Shown here piece after piece: positions 51,088 through 63,000 of a DNA stretch of 64,000 nucleotides (position 1 is the first letter of the stretch; each line of letters starts with the position of its first letter). Where the stretch lies: the NCBI RefSeq assembly GCF_002571385.2, contig NW_019218205.1, positions 132,570 to 196,569 on the forward strand, in the 5' to 3' direction. Made by a program: the position numbers and the translations under genes. The notes below the pieces were generated by a model. That model was not told the DNA's origin. It worked only from the letters and a program-made list of their open reading frames with translations, and made no database searches. Origin of the DNA: Stylophora pistillata (lineage: Eukaryota).

Positions 51088-54000
51088 TTATGCACTTCGC
51101 TTGGCTATAGATTGTTTGATGCTTCTAATCACCACGTAAGGATCGACATTGACGTTTACAGTCTGGAAAGGAAAAGAACAGAATGTTAAGGAAGCCTGCA
51201 AAATGGAGAGAGAAAGACAAATTAAGCTAAAAAAAAAAAAAACCCATCAACTTACCCCGAATAACATGAGGGAATCGATATCCGCTCGTCTCCTTCGAAA
51301 TTATAAACAAAAAGTTAGTCAACCATCCCCAATCTCCCACCGGCAGTTATGGGCCTTTCGGCCTTCAAGACTTTAAGATGTACTGTGCACAAGGGACCAC
51401 TTCCGCTAATTTTTGAAGGAGATCGTTAGGAAATGAAAAAATGGAACGTAATGGATCAGAGAAGAGTGACTGGGATGCTCAGCATGGTTCAAAATGGCGC
51501 TGTCCGTTGTCTGGAGAATTTTACGCACATTTTTTGAGGGCAATTTTTTGGAAGCTTGGGCTCTAAAATATTTCTATATTCTCTAAAATGGCATTAAAAA
51601 ATATTACTGGTCTCTTGGTCTCTTGGTCTCTTGGTCTCTGAAGCATATACGTCCCTTAAAACTCCAACTTGTTGCTAAATTAGGATGTTATCATTGACAA
51701 AGGAACAAGCTAAAAGATAACAACGGATATCAACTGTTGCACTTACGCTTCCGCTGGTCCACGGTACACGAGTCTTATGATTGTGGGTAAATCACTTTCG
51801 TCAGTAAAAGGCCCCTGAAAAGAAGTGGAAAAAAAAACAATGAAAAAAAAAAAGAATATAGGAGATGTGTCTTTTTTTCATCATCCGTGGGTCCTTCTTT
51901 CTTTTGTCTGTCTCCTTTTCCGTCCGTGCGTTTTCCATCTCTCGTTCTCTGTCTGTCCATCTGAATAAATGCGGGGCGGGGGGGGAAGTTTCTAAAGAAA
52001 CTGGTGCTGGGTCGGTGGGGTAACAAGGTAAGTTTGGCTTTATCAACTGAGTCGTTGACGTAAATTAGCCACCATACAGAGTTTCAAAGCTGACGTTTCG
52101 AGCGTTTTCGCTCTGACGAACGGCTAACGCTCGAAACGTCAACTTTGAAACTCTTGACGGTGGCTAATTTACATTATCAATTCAGTTGATAAAGCCAAAA
52201 TATCCTTTCATCTGATTATCTGTCGCTCTCTCTCTGTGTCTCTCCACCTGGCTGTCTGTTTCTCCCTATGACTGTCTGTCTGTCTGTCTGTCATTCGGTC
52301 AGTCTGTCTATCTGTCCGTGAGTTTGTCTATCTCTGTCTGTCTGACCGTCCGTTCGGCCACGAGTTCTAACTTTGTTGTGTGTTTCTGACTCTTACCAAT
52401 TTTGGGAATACCATTCCTGCACTCATGGCGTACAATTCCATGTCATCCCTTAGAGCTGCAAATAAGAAAAACAAAAAATTAAAAAATAACATTCCTTTGT
52501 CCTTCGTTCTCGTCATTACAAGATTATGAGACATTCCTGCGCTAAAGAAAACACTAACTTACCGGCAATAGAGTAGTAGAGAAGTTGGAAGAGATCTTTA
52601 CAAGGCGTCTTGCTGAACAAGTAAATTTCGTAGGACGCGGCAGGAGTCTGAGAAAGAAAAAAAAATGGCAAATCTGTGAATGTAAGGTTGACTATAAAGG
52701 ACATAATGAATATCCGATCGGGGTTCTTCCTCGAGACTTGCAAAAGCGTCCCCTAAATGACGGTGTCCATTCCATTATAGAGTGTGTTTTTCCTGTTAGG
52801 ACCTGACTATGTGTCCCTAAATCAAGGTGTCACAAAAGAGAGTTCCATTGTAACTTTAATAGTGCCAACACCATCGCGACATTCTTTAGCTTCTTTAAGA
52901 AATTTCTCAGTCACGGCTTTCATGTAAGTGCTCCGTTTATATTTTCTGAGCAGTTCTGTTCCTCTCTTTCCGATGGACGGAAAGAATGCAGCATTAAGGT
53001 ACCGCGTATTTGTGGAAGAGCTGAGCTTCGAAGGAAACAACAATGAAAGGGTTACCTCTAAAATAATACGGAGGACTGGAGATTTGGCCAGGTTCCCAAG
53101 CTTAATATCAGCTTAACAGAAGAGAGGAATGGCTGGGTGCGCTAAAAAGGACCCTAACAAAAAAGTGTCTGGGCGACTAAGGTAACGAAGTGTCCCTGCT
53201 AAGTAATGCTTCAACAGACAAGCAAGGTTAAAGACAACAAAGAAAAAACTTACCACGTATGCTAGAACACTGGCGTTGCCGTGCTGCACTGAAAGACCCA
53301 ACGCGCTGTGGATCTGCAAGACCACGGGATAAAAAAANNNCNTNAAAANNNAGTATCGTTTATTTAAAAATTTTTCCAGAAACATTTAGTGCTCTAGTAG
53401 ACGTGATAACGTAAATAACACTAAGCCTACTGGACTCTCTTTTGCGTTCTTTAATAAAACACTACATTGTCTTTACATTGCGTCTCTCCACCCAGCAGGA
53501 GTGTTAATGAAGCACTACAGATAGAAAGGATTGTGGACAGAGGGGGAAGGGGAGGGGGAGAAAAAGAGGGAAAAGGGGAGGGGTGAGAAAAAGAGGAGGA
53601 AGAGGAGGGGCAGAAAAAAAGGGGGAAGGGGACGAGAAAGGGGAGGGGGAAGGAAAGGGAGAGAAAAAGAGGGAAAAGGGGAGGAGGGAGAAAAAGAGGA
53701 GGAAGGGGAGGGGGAGAAAAAGAGGGGGAAGGGGAGGAGAAAGGGGAGGGGGAAGGGGAGGGGGAAGGAGAGGGGGTGGTCCGGGTAACATATCAAATTC
53801 CCACGTAGACAATCAGATTATGCCATGAAAAGCTTCGAACAGGAGGAGTTTCCCTTCGCGCATTCTTCATTGTCAAAGGCGAGGCTACCCTGTTAACCCT
53901 TTGCCCCTAGAGAGTGACCACCATTCAATTCTCTTAACAATATCACCCCTAAATCAAACAACAGAGTCGCAAAGATAAAGGCATACAGTAATCGCTAATG

Positions 54001-57000
54001 AAGAAGCTCTCGATTGTAACACATATTCTTCTTGATACTCTCTCTGGAAATGTAGAGAGAACAATATGAAGAAAAAAAATGCAGCTGTTAGGGTGTAAAG
54101 GGTTAAAGGAATGTTCGAATATAACATCTCAAAATTATTCACCGAAGTGGAGGTGAATAGTGGTGGATATTTACCTAGCCCCGACGCACCTAGTTAATTA
54201 TCCATCACTTTCACTGACACTGAGATTGATAAATTTCAAGTTTATATCACACAGTTACCCCCGAAATTAGTTTATTTTTTCAATATACCGAAACATGGTC
54301 AGATATCAAACTCTAGACGCGCGATTCTGTCTCGTCGGCTGCTCGGAGGTGAAAATTACTTGCTATCCACCTCCGAACTAACCAATCACCGCATGCAGAC
54401 AGCACCATCAACTAGTATGGTATATACCGAAAATAAATTATCAATATTCCCAACAAAGATTCCTACTTACTCTATTCAAAGCTGAGAAATAGTTTTCTCC
54501 ATTATGATCCGCAGCGTATTTCATGGCGGCCATGTGGAAATGGGCCCACCTGGCTAAAGAACATTCACAAATGATCCAATGAGCAATTCTCCCTTCTGGT
54601 TCCTAGTCATTTGCTTGTTAAGTGGTACAGAGAATTTAAAACAGCAGATGACATTTCCACCTGATTAATGTGTATTCTCATTACCTATGAGAGGGGGGGA
54701 GGAGAGGGGGGTAGGAGGGGAGGAGGAAGTAAGTGGTCATAATCCTTACCGTAGTAATGGTCACGTGCCAAAGTCACATGGAGGTGAGGATGGACTTGAC
54801 TGGCGCTTGCTCTCGGCAAAATATCCCAGTAAATGTGAGGGATTGTGTATTCCTCGTCGTTTTGGTGGGCTCGGAGAAACCTGAAAGAAATTCAACGCAT
54901 ACAAGTTTTCTGAATTCTGTAATCCTGAATGATGTTAGGGGGGAAAACTATCTGTTGCACCGAAGACAACAGCTGCGGGGTTCCGGCTACAGGATCTTCC
55001 TGAGAAAGTGTAGCAATCAACTCTATCTTTGCGGACGATCTCGAGACCGCAAGATAGTTTTCATGATAGAGTGAGTCCTTAATAATGGCAGTTTATCTAG
55101 TCGAGTTCTACGTAAAACTGCGGTTTCCTTGGGGGAAACTTTTGTAGTAATCGCAGGAAGCTGGAATTGGAGTTCTTCATCGTCTTGATATTATCTCTCT
55201 TCTCTTGCTCCAGGGGGCGGGAAGACGAGAGACCCTGGGAACGAGGTTGGATGGAGTTGATAAATGCACTTCCGAGGAAAATCTTGAGTCCGGAACATCG
55301 CAGCTGGTGTTGTTGTTCTTGTTGTTTTAGTTGTTTTTTTTTTTCTTTTTTAGGCGTTATTTTTTTTACCACTGTTTAAGTAGTGCTCATTACTGCAAAC
55401 ATCGCTTTCATCCTCAGTATTGTCACCATCAATATTATCGACAAGAATGACAGCTATCATCGGGTGTACTTTCCATTCCACTCCTATACCAAGTCTATTA
55501 TAAAGTGTGACAACTTTTTTATCTCAAAGTGCGATGAGAGTTATTGCAAAATGAGACAGGTGTTACAAAGTGCGACAGTTTGAATACAGAGTGTGACTGG
55601 TGTTACAAAGTGAGACGATTATAACAGAGTGCGACAGAACAGAGCTAACTTGCAGGCTAGCTAAACGTAACATCTAAGGTTGGATAGAAAAAAGAAAACA
55701 CTCCAAATAGCACTAGTTCGTGGTAAGGGTTTAGGTCCAAAATTATAACGCCACTCATGAAACTGGTGCCAATATTCACCCTAGGAAAGATTGATATCTC
55801 TTTTCTCCTTACCGTATCACTGTTGAATCAAACTTTAAGGTTATGAGAATATTGGAAACGATCACCCAGCAGAGAAACTCTAAATCGTTGAATAAATTAT
55901 CCTCGTCAGCACTTTAGACAATGTATGGAGAACAGTTTGGAAAATACAAAACTGGTTTTAAGCTGAAAAGGGTTTTAGGATTCCGAAACAATATTCGCAT
56001 TGGAGAACGAAAAAAAAAAACTGTCGAAATGAAAATGGAATTAATATGCTCACCACTTCTGCGCAGTTTCCATACTATCAAGAAGCTGTAAGAGAAAAAA
56101 AAATCAATCATCAGCGGAGATATAAATAACACTTCTGATTTATTGAGATGTAGGAAAATCAGCATTTCGAGAGTACTCCTGAGTAATGTTTTTCTTTAAA
56201 AAATAGCGAGTCGAAAAACAGAATGAATTTTGTAAGTCATATTATTTCCAGGCGGAAATAACATGTTTATTATTTTTTACCAATATTGAGGAAAAAAAAA
56301 AACAGTATTCCACAGTCTTTCTGAAGAAATTGAGCTTCGTATTTGTATTGCAGATTAAAAGCTGGTCTGGATAATACCACTGAAATTTAGAAGAAAACAA
56401 TTCAATATGCTATGGGAAATCGAAATCTTTATTCCTAACAATTTCTTTTAAGCGCGATTACTCAGATGCTATACGGATTAATTGTCCGAAATACTTGCCA
56501 AAAGTTTTACTTCTGTTTCAATTTTTAATAAACAAACACTGCAGTATATCTTATTTGAACAGTTTGACATCAACCTTTACTGTCTCAAATAATTTCGTCG
56601 AAGATTAATTTCTGAACATTTAATATCGTGTTCTCAAAGTCATCTTCTGACAGTAAAATAATAAAAAGTTCTCTCCGCAAGTATAAACAAACAAAACTTA
56701 TTGCATTTTGATTCTAATCGGACACACCAAAAAATTATGGTTTTGACGGAAACGAATCTTGTGATCAAACGGCCGTAGTCTACGTAAGGACGAAATACAA
56801 AGAAACCAACAGTCGGACATTTTATCGAAGCAACACAAGTTGCTAGGTGTGATCATTGTTGAAATTCATTCGAAAAAAAGCGAGAGTATCTGTGCGACTT
56901 TTGAAACATGAACAAAGACGTTCTCTCCCATTAGGTGTGCAACATTTACACAATTGTGCGACACAAACGCTTTATTTCAAACAATTTTCACCTCATAATT

Positions 57001-60000
57001 AATCCCCACATCAATTTTGTAGAACGCCCACTGAACCCCACTTATTATTATTTTTTAAAACAGTAATAGGCCCGGGAAAAAAATTCCTGTTTTGCTAATT
57101 TAGGGAAAAAAAAGTTTATCTGTGCATCAAAGTCAAAATCTAAAGATATTACTCTAACGCGTTAGACGTTTGCGAGAATGGTTTCAAAGTTAATTTTGAA
57201 AACCACAAAAATTGAGGACAAAACTTTAAGCAATTCGGTCGATAGAAAAAAATTAAATTAAAAAAAGTCTTTCTATTACTTTTACAAAATAAAACTCTCT
57301 CTTATGGTTATCTTCGGTTTATCAATTCCCAACGCATAACTGAATGCGAATTAGTCGGATCACTTGAAATGGAAATTTTTTAACAGCTCAACATAATGAA
57401 ATTTTCTTCCGGTCAATCATACTGCACGAGGAGGGAAACACTTTGTGAACAGAGTACCAATTAAACTCGGCGGGAACGAACCGGGGTTAAAGCTGTTAAT
57501 CTGCGCTACCACGAAACTGAGATCGAAATGAAATACAAAGACTTCAAAAGTGACACAAGCCCAAAAACTAGTTATTTTGTCCATAGTTGGGTTGAACATT
57601 TGAAAATCACTTTTAAAACAGCACAAGTCAAACAGAAGAACCTTGCTTTGTGTGTAATGTAAACATATAACAGGTGCACCCCTTTAAAACCACAGAATTT
57701 TTCGAGTTAACACCGACGAAAACAATCCAAAAAAAAAAGAAAAGAAAAGAAAAGAAAAGAAAAGAAAAGAAAAAAAAAACCCTCAACGTGAGCAAACTAT
57801 CGAGAGCGAGAGGTATCGAAGACAGAAAATTGACGGGTCATCAAATGTTTTCGCAAGATTGACAAGTACACCGTGACCAGAGTTGAAATGTGAAACAAAA
57901 AAACGATGGAACGCTTCAGAGGTTGATTAAAGTATCTAGGAAACGGTTTGTCAAATTTATATTTCATCGCACTGGGATACAGTTTCTAAGAGCATTTAAT
58001 TCACTTTCTTTTTCTCAAAAAGGCACACATCTTAAGGCTAAAATACGCATTGTTCAATTATAATCCAGCGCTAAGGTCGACGGATTTGATCTAAAGGAAC
58101 ATTGGTTACCTTTGTTAGTAACATGTTTTGACGACTACTGCATGCAGAGGGGGAAAGACGCGTCATGAACAAGACTACACGTCGAACCGCCAGATGAATC
58201 AAAAATCAAATGACTGAAACGAAATCGTCTAGACCTGTAAAGACTGACTGAAGAAACAAAGTGTGGCCTAAAGCAAAAGTCCTAAGACGAAGGTGACCAG
58301 AAATACCAAGACGAGGTTGAAGACGATCTAATAAACACGAACAAAATCATGAATTCAACGTTTAATATCACTGATGTTGATCAACCAAACCTGGGTGCAG
58401 TTTTCTTAGTGTCTGGTTCGTTTTTAGCAGTGATATGTCCGTTAACGGTCCTCGCAAACGTATTACTTTTAATAGCAATTTACAAAGATCCGTTCAAGAC
58501 GTTCCGCACGCCGACCGCGTGCTTTCTCGTGGGTCTCGCCATCACGGATGTGGCAACAGGTCTTGTTCCAGAGCCTATGGTAACAAGCTGTTACTTCATG
58601 CACCACCATCAACATTCCGGGGTGGAACGCTGTGAAAAGATATTTAACATTGCTGGTATCATTGCTGCTATTACCACTAATTCGTCGTTTTTGATAGTTA
58701 TGGCGTTCACTTTCGCGCAGTATGTAGCCATTGCGTTTCCGCTCAAGTACAAGCCTTTCATCAGCGTTCGAAAGACGTTACTTTGCGTGGCATGTATCTG
58801 GGTTTATTCCACCCTCTTTGAGATGTCTCAAACCGTTGGAGTCCCTAAAGAGTTGGTTGAAAAAATCGACTTATACATCCACTCAACATTGTCACTGTTA
58901 TTTACCATCTTAACTTACGCTTTACTTCAAAGAGCATTCCGCAAACAAATGACGGCAAGATCCGCTACCCTACACACCACAAACTCAGTAAGCATGTCCA
59001 CAACACTAGAACTTCACCCTCGAAAACAGAGACGAAAATCAAAACCAATGATCGAGAGGAACTTTGTGCGACTAAATATCCTTCTCATTGTGGTACTATT
59101 GCTATGCTCGCAGCCAACCGCAATATTGTGGTATATATATTTGTACGCTGATGAGGACACGAAAAACAGCCAAACCCTTTTTGTGGTTCGCGTTATCGCG
59201 GACAATACTCTTTATTTGAAGTTTTTCCTGGACCCGTTTTTGTTCGCTTGGCGACTGCCGAAATATCGAAAAGCTTTGAGAGCCGCGTTGAGCAGAAGGA
59301 AGTGAAGAAATGAAAAGCACTCAACACACGGGAAATTTGCATCAAAATCCTTTGCTTGCAAATCTGTTTTAAATCTTATTCACATTAAAGCTCAAACGTG
59401 TTTAAAAGCTATTCTCTTAAAGATAGTCATTTTTTTTTTCTGTATAGAAGCTGCTTAAACCGTGGATTGTCGAATTTAAATTTAACACATTGAAAATGCA
59501 AGTTGGTGACCACTCGAATCCTCTAGAAAATTCAGATTTTCAGATCTGTTTCTGATTGGCATTCAGTTAAACCCGGTTTTACTTAACTGTCTTAACTTTT
59601 ACTCAAATCCGGGTTCGACATTAACTTTTCAACTTACTAGCCAAGTGGCTAGTGACATCTTAGATGCTATGACTATTTCAGTTTATTTACTAGCCAAACT
59701 AGCCAGCGGAAATCGAAAACCACAAGCCAAAACTGAATTTCTACTAGTCTGTGGCTAGTGGGCTACAGTTAGTGTCGAGCCCTGTAAATGTCTTGCTGGT
59801 GTTAATGGGACAAGTTTCTTTCGACCACAAGTTATTTCAATCAGCCGAGAAATATAATTTTGACTTGGCACAGACCTGTCCTGACTGGAGGAATATGCTA
59901 CAACCCATTAGTACAAAACACCTGTTAATGAATTTCGCCGATACGAGTGATTCCCATTAAAATCGTTCGGGAGAATCTTATTTAATTCTATTTTCTTCTC

Positions 60001-63000
60001 TTTTCTTTTTCATCAAACTTCTCTTTTAGGAGTATGTAATTATATATCTGTGCCTTACTGAATAAAAAAATTCATTCATCAGAATTTAAGTGATTAGACG
60101 CCGTGTCATTTGCGTCTCGCGAGAATTTCTTAAAGGAATTCAGAGTAACTGGGGTTTTTTTTAGCGGCCAAGTTATATAGACAATTATGATATTAGTCAG
60201 TCAAGCTTTGATAGCGTCGATGATTTTTAGAAAGACACAGGTCTCTTAGCTCTCAAGCGGCAAAAAAAAAAAAAAACACGCATGATCTAATAAGAATTTT
60301 TCCCTTCTTGGCTGCCAGCTAAGTCCTTGTAATTTAGCCGGGAGAATAAGTAATAATAGAANNNNNNNNNNNNNNNNNNNNNNNNNNNNNNNNNNNNNNN
60401 NNNNNNNNNNNNNNNNNNNNNNNNNNNNNNNNNNNNNNNNNNNNNNNNNNNNNNNNNNNNNNNNNNNNNNNNNNNNNNNNNNNNNNNNNNNNNNNNNNNN
60501 NNNNNNNNNNNNNNNNNNNNNNNNNNNNNNNNNNNNNNNNNNNNNNNNNNNNNNNNNNNNNNNNNNNNNNNNNNNNNNNNNNNNNNNNNNNNNNNNNNNN
60601 NNNNNNNNNNNNNNNNNNNNNNNNNNNNNNNNNNNNNNNNNNNNNNNNNNNNNNNNNNNNNNNNNNNNNNNNNNNNNNNNNNNNNNNNNNNNNNNNNNNA
60701 TCTCACGTTAAGAATTCCATTCCTTTTTCTCAGTTTCTAAGACTTCGTCGTTTATGTAGTGATGACTCTGATTTCCACCACAAATCAGAGTCAATGTGCC
60801 AGTTTTTCGATAAACGTGGTTACCCTGTTTCTGTCGTTCAAGCGGGTTACCACCGCGCCCAACTTATTGATCGACATTCAGCACTACAAACGTCGCATAA
60901 GGAAGATTCCGACCGCATTCCATTCACTCTCACGTTTCACCCTCACAACCACTCAGTTAAATCCATCATTCTTAAAAACTTTAAATTACTTCAAAACGAT
61001 CCAGAGACAAGCACTATCTTTTCGCAGCCTCCGCTCATTTCATTCAAACGCGACAAAAACATAGGCAATTTTTTGGTCAGAAGTTCTTTTCAGACTAATG
61101 ACCAACCAGGCACTTTTAAATGCGCTCGTGCACGATGCAAAACGTGTCCTTTCATTCACAACACTGAGAAAATATCGGGACCCAAACGATCCATTAAGAT
61201 CACCGATCACTTCACGTGCACCTCCGCCAATGTAATCTATTGCATAACTTGCACTTATTGCAAAAAGATTTACATCGGCGAAACAGGCAGAAGACTAGGT
61301 GACCGATTCCGAGAACACCTTCGCGACGTGGAGAGGAATGACAAGGACACATCGAAACCAGTCGCTAGACATTTTAATTTACCTAACCATTCTAAGCAAC
61401 ACATGGCAATCTGCGGTCTTTCCTTACACTTAGGTAGCACGGAAAGCCGGAAAACTCTTGAACAAAAGCTCATCTTTCAAACCGGCAGTCTAAATCCCAC
61501 AGGTATCAACGAACGCTTTTCATTCCACTAATTTATTCGTGTTTTTCTCGTTGCCATGTTCCCACCAATCACGTAGCTCCTTTTTCTGCCTTTAAAAGCA
61601 CACACAACCCACAATTCCTCTATTCGCTCCGACGAAGGGCTAACGCTCGAAACGTCAGCTTTTATAATCGTAACGGTGGCCAATTTACCATTTCAACTTT
61701 GCTGATATATTCAAATCACCTATAGATAAATGTTTCTTTACTATTCACGTATTTTCTGGGTAGTAAGCTGATAATGTAAGGAGAAGATACAAATTATCAA
61801 ATCAAATCTAGGGGAAAAGGCGTAAAAAGACGTTTTGTGGTACAGGATCGCAAAAGATCGTTCATTGGAAATGCAGCCGGAGTTGTAAAAGGCAATCTAA
61901 AACACGAAAAAATAAAAGGGAAAAGGAAAGTTTCATTTCTTCCAACTTACTTCTTCTTCATTTACTTTAAGTGGATCATGCCGTCTCCAAATGATAAGAC
62001 TGTGAAACTTCTCTACTTTAAATGTGTTGGACACTGTAAAAGGCGAAGAAAGTACATAATTTAAAGAGCCGAGCCGACTTCAGAGCAGAAAGTAAATGGG
62101 ATTGCTTTGGTTCCAGTTCGCTCCGCTCTGTGATTGGTATCAACTTTCCGCGCCATCCTTTGCACCAATCAGATGCAAAACAAGACATGTAGGTCACGGC
62201 ATTTAAAAACGTAAAAACCTTTCTTGACAAAGCTCAAAACAAAATTGGTAAATGAACAGTTTACCTACAATTACACTGCAATTAATCTTAGTGTTCGAAA
62301 TGTCTTTAATTTTCCAGCACCCCACTACACTCTCAATTTCTTATTCATGAGAGCGCTTGCTTCTTGAGTTTTCCTGTAAAATTTTGCGCGGCAAAATGGC
62401 TCGCGGGCGGCCAAAATTGATCCACTTGCGCATGCTCGACGTTTGAACACTGTGTTTCATTATCACCTTTCCTGTGCCCAAAAGGCAAGAAACACACGCG
62501 CAAATTGACTGTTGTCATGCGCGGCTACAACTCACGTGTTCCTCCACGCCAGTCGATCGTTTACCCAAAATAAATAAACCTCTTAAATCTATGGTGGTCT
62601 ATAACCATACTTAACCGCTATATGATAACCACAAGTAGAATTTCTGGGTGTAATGTAAATATATAGTATTAATTTTTAAACATTTAAAAGAGAAAAGTAA
62701 TCGTTTGTCTCGCGATGTGGTCCCTTGGGATGTGAATCGCGACGTTTCGACTGCATACTGCTAGTCTTCTTATTTTGAATGAGACAGCAAGAGAGCTGTG
62801 AAGCAGCGGACCACAGAGGGAACCTGATCCAAAAGATGCACCGACCACGGCCGTGAAACTCCATCCAATCACAGCGGAGCACAACAACATACGGGTGACG
62901 CGTACTTAGTCGAACTCATCTCCTGAAGACTAGCAGTATGAAGTCGAAACATCGTTTTATCTTCCATGTTGAATAACCACAACCTATTTTACGATATAAT

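Noticed and set aside
52800-53115. Coding-looking stretch in an intron of the GalT-like gene
   Set aside because: Flanking exons already join in phase without it, the minus frame ends in a stop at 52822, and no family was recognised.
53504-53828. Pro/Phe-rich and Gly/Lys/Glu-rich ORFs
   Set aside because: Artefacts of the G/A low-complexity tract inside an intron.
60287-60706. 139-aa ORF
   Set aside because: Almost entirely the N gap.
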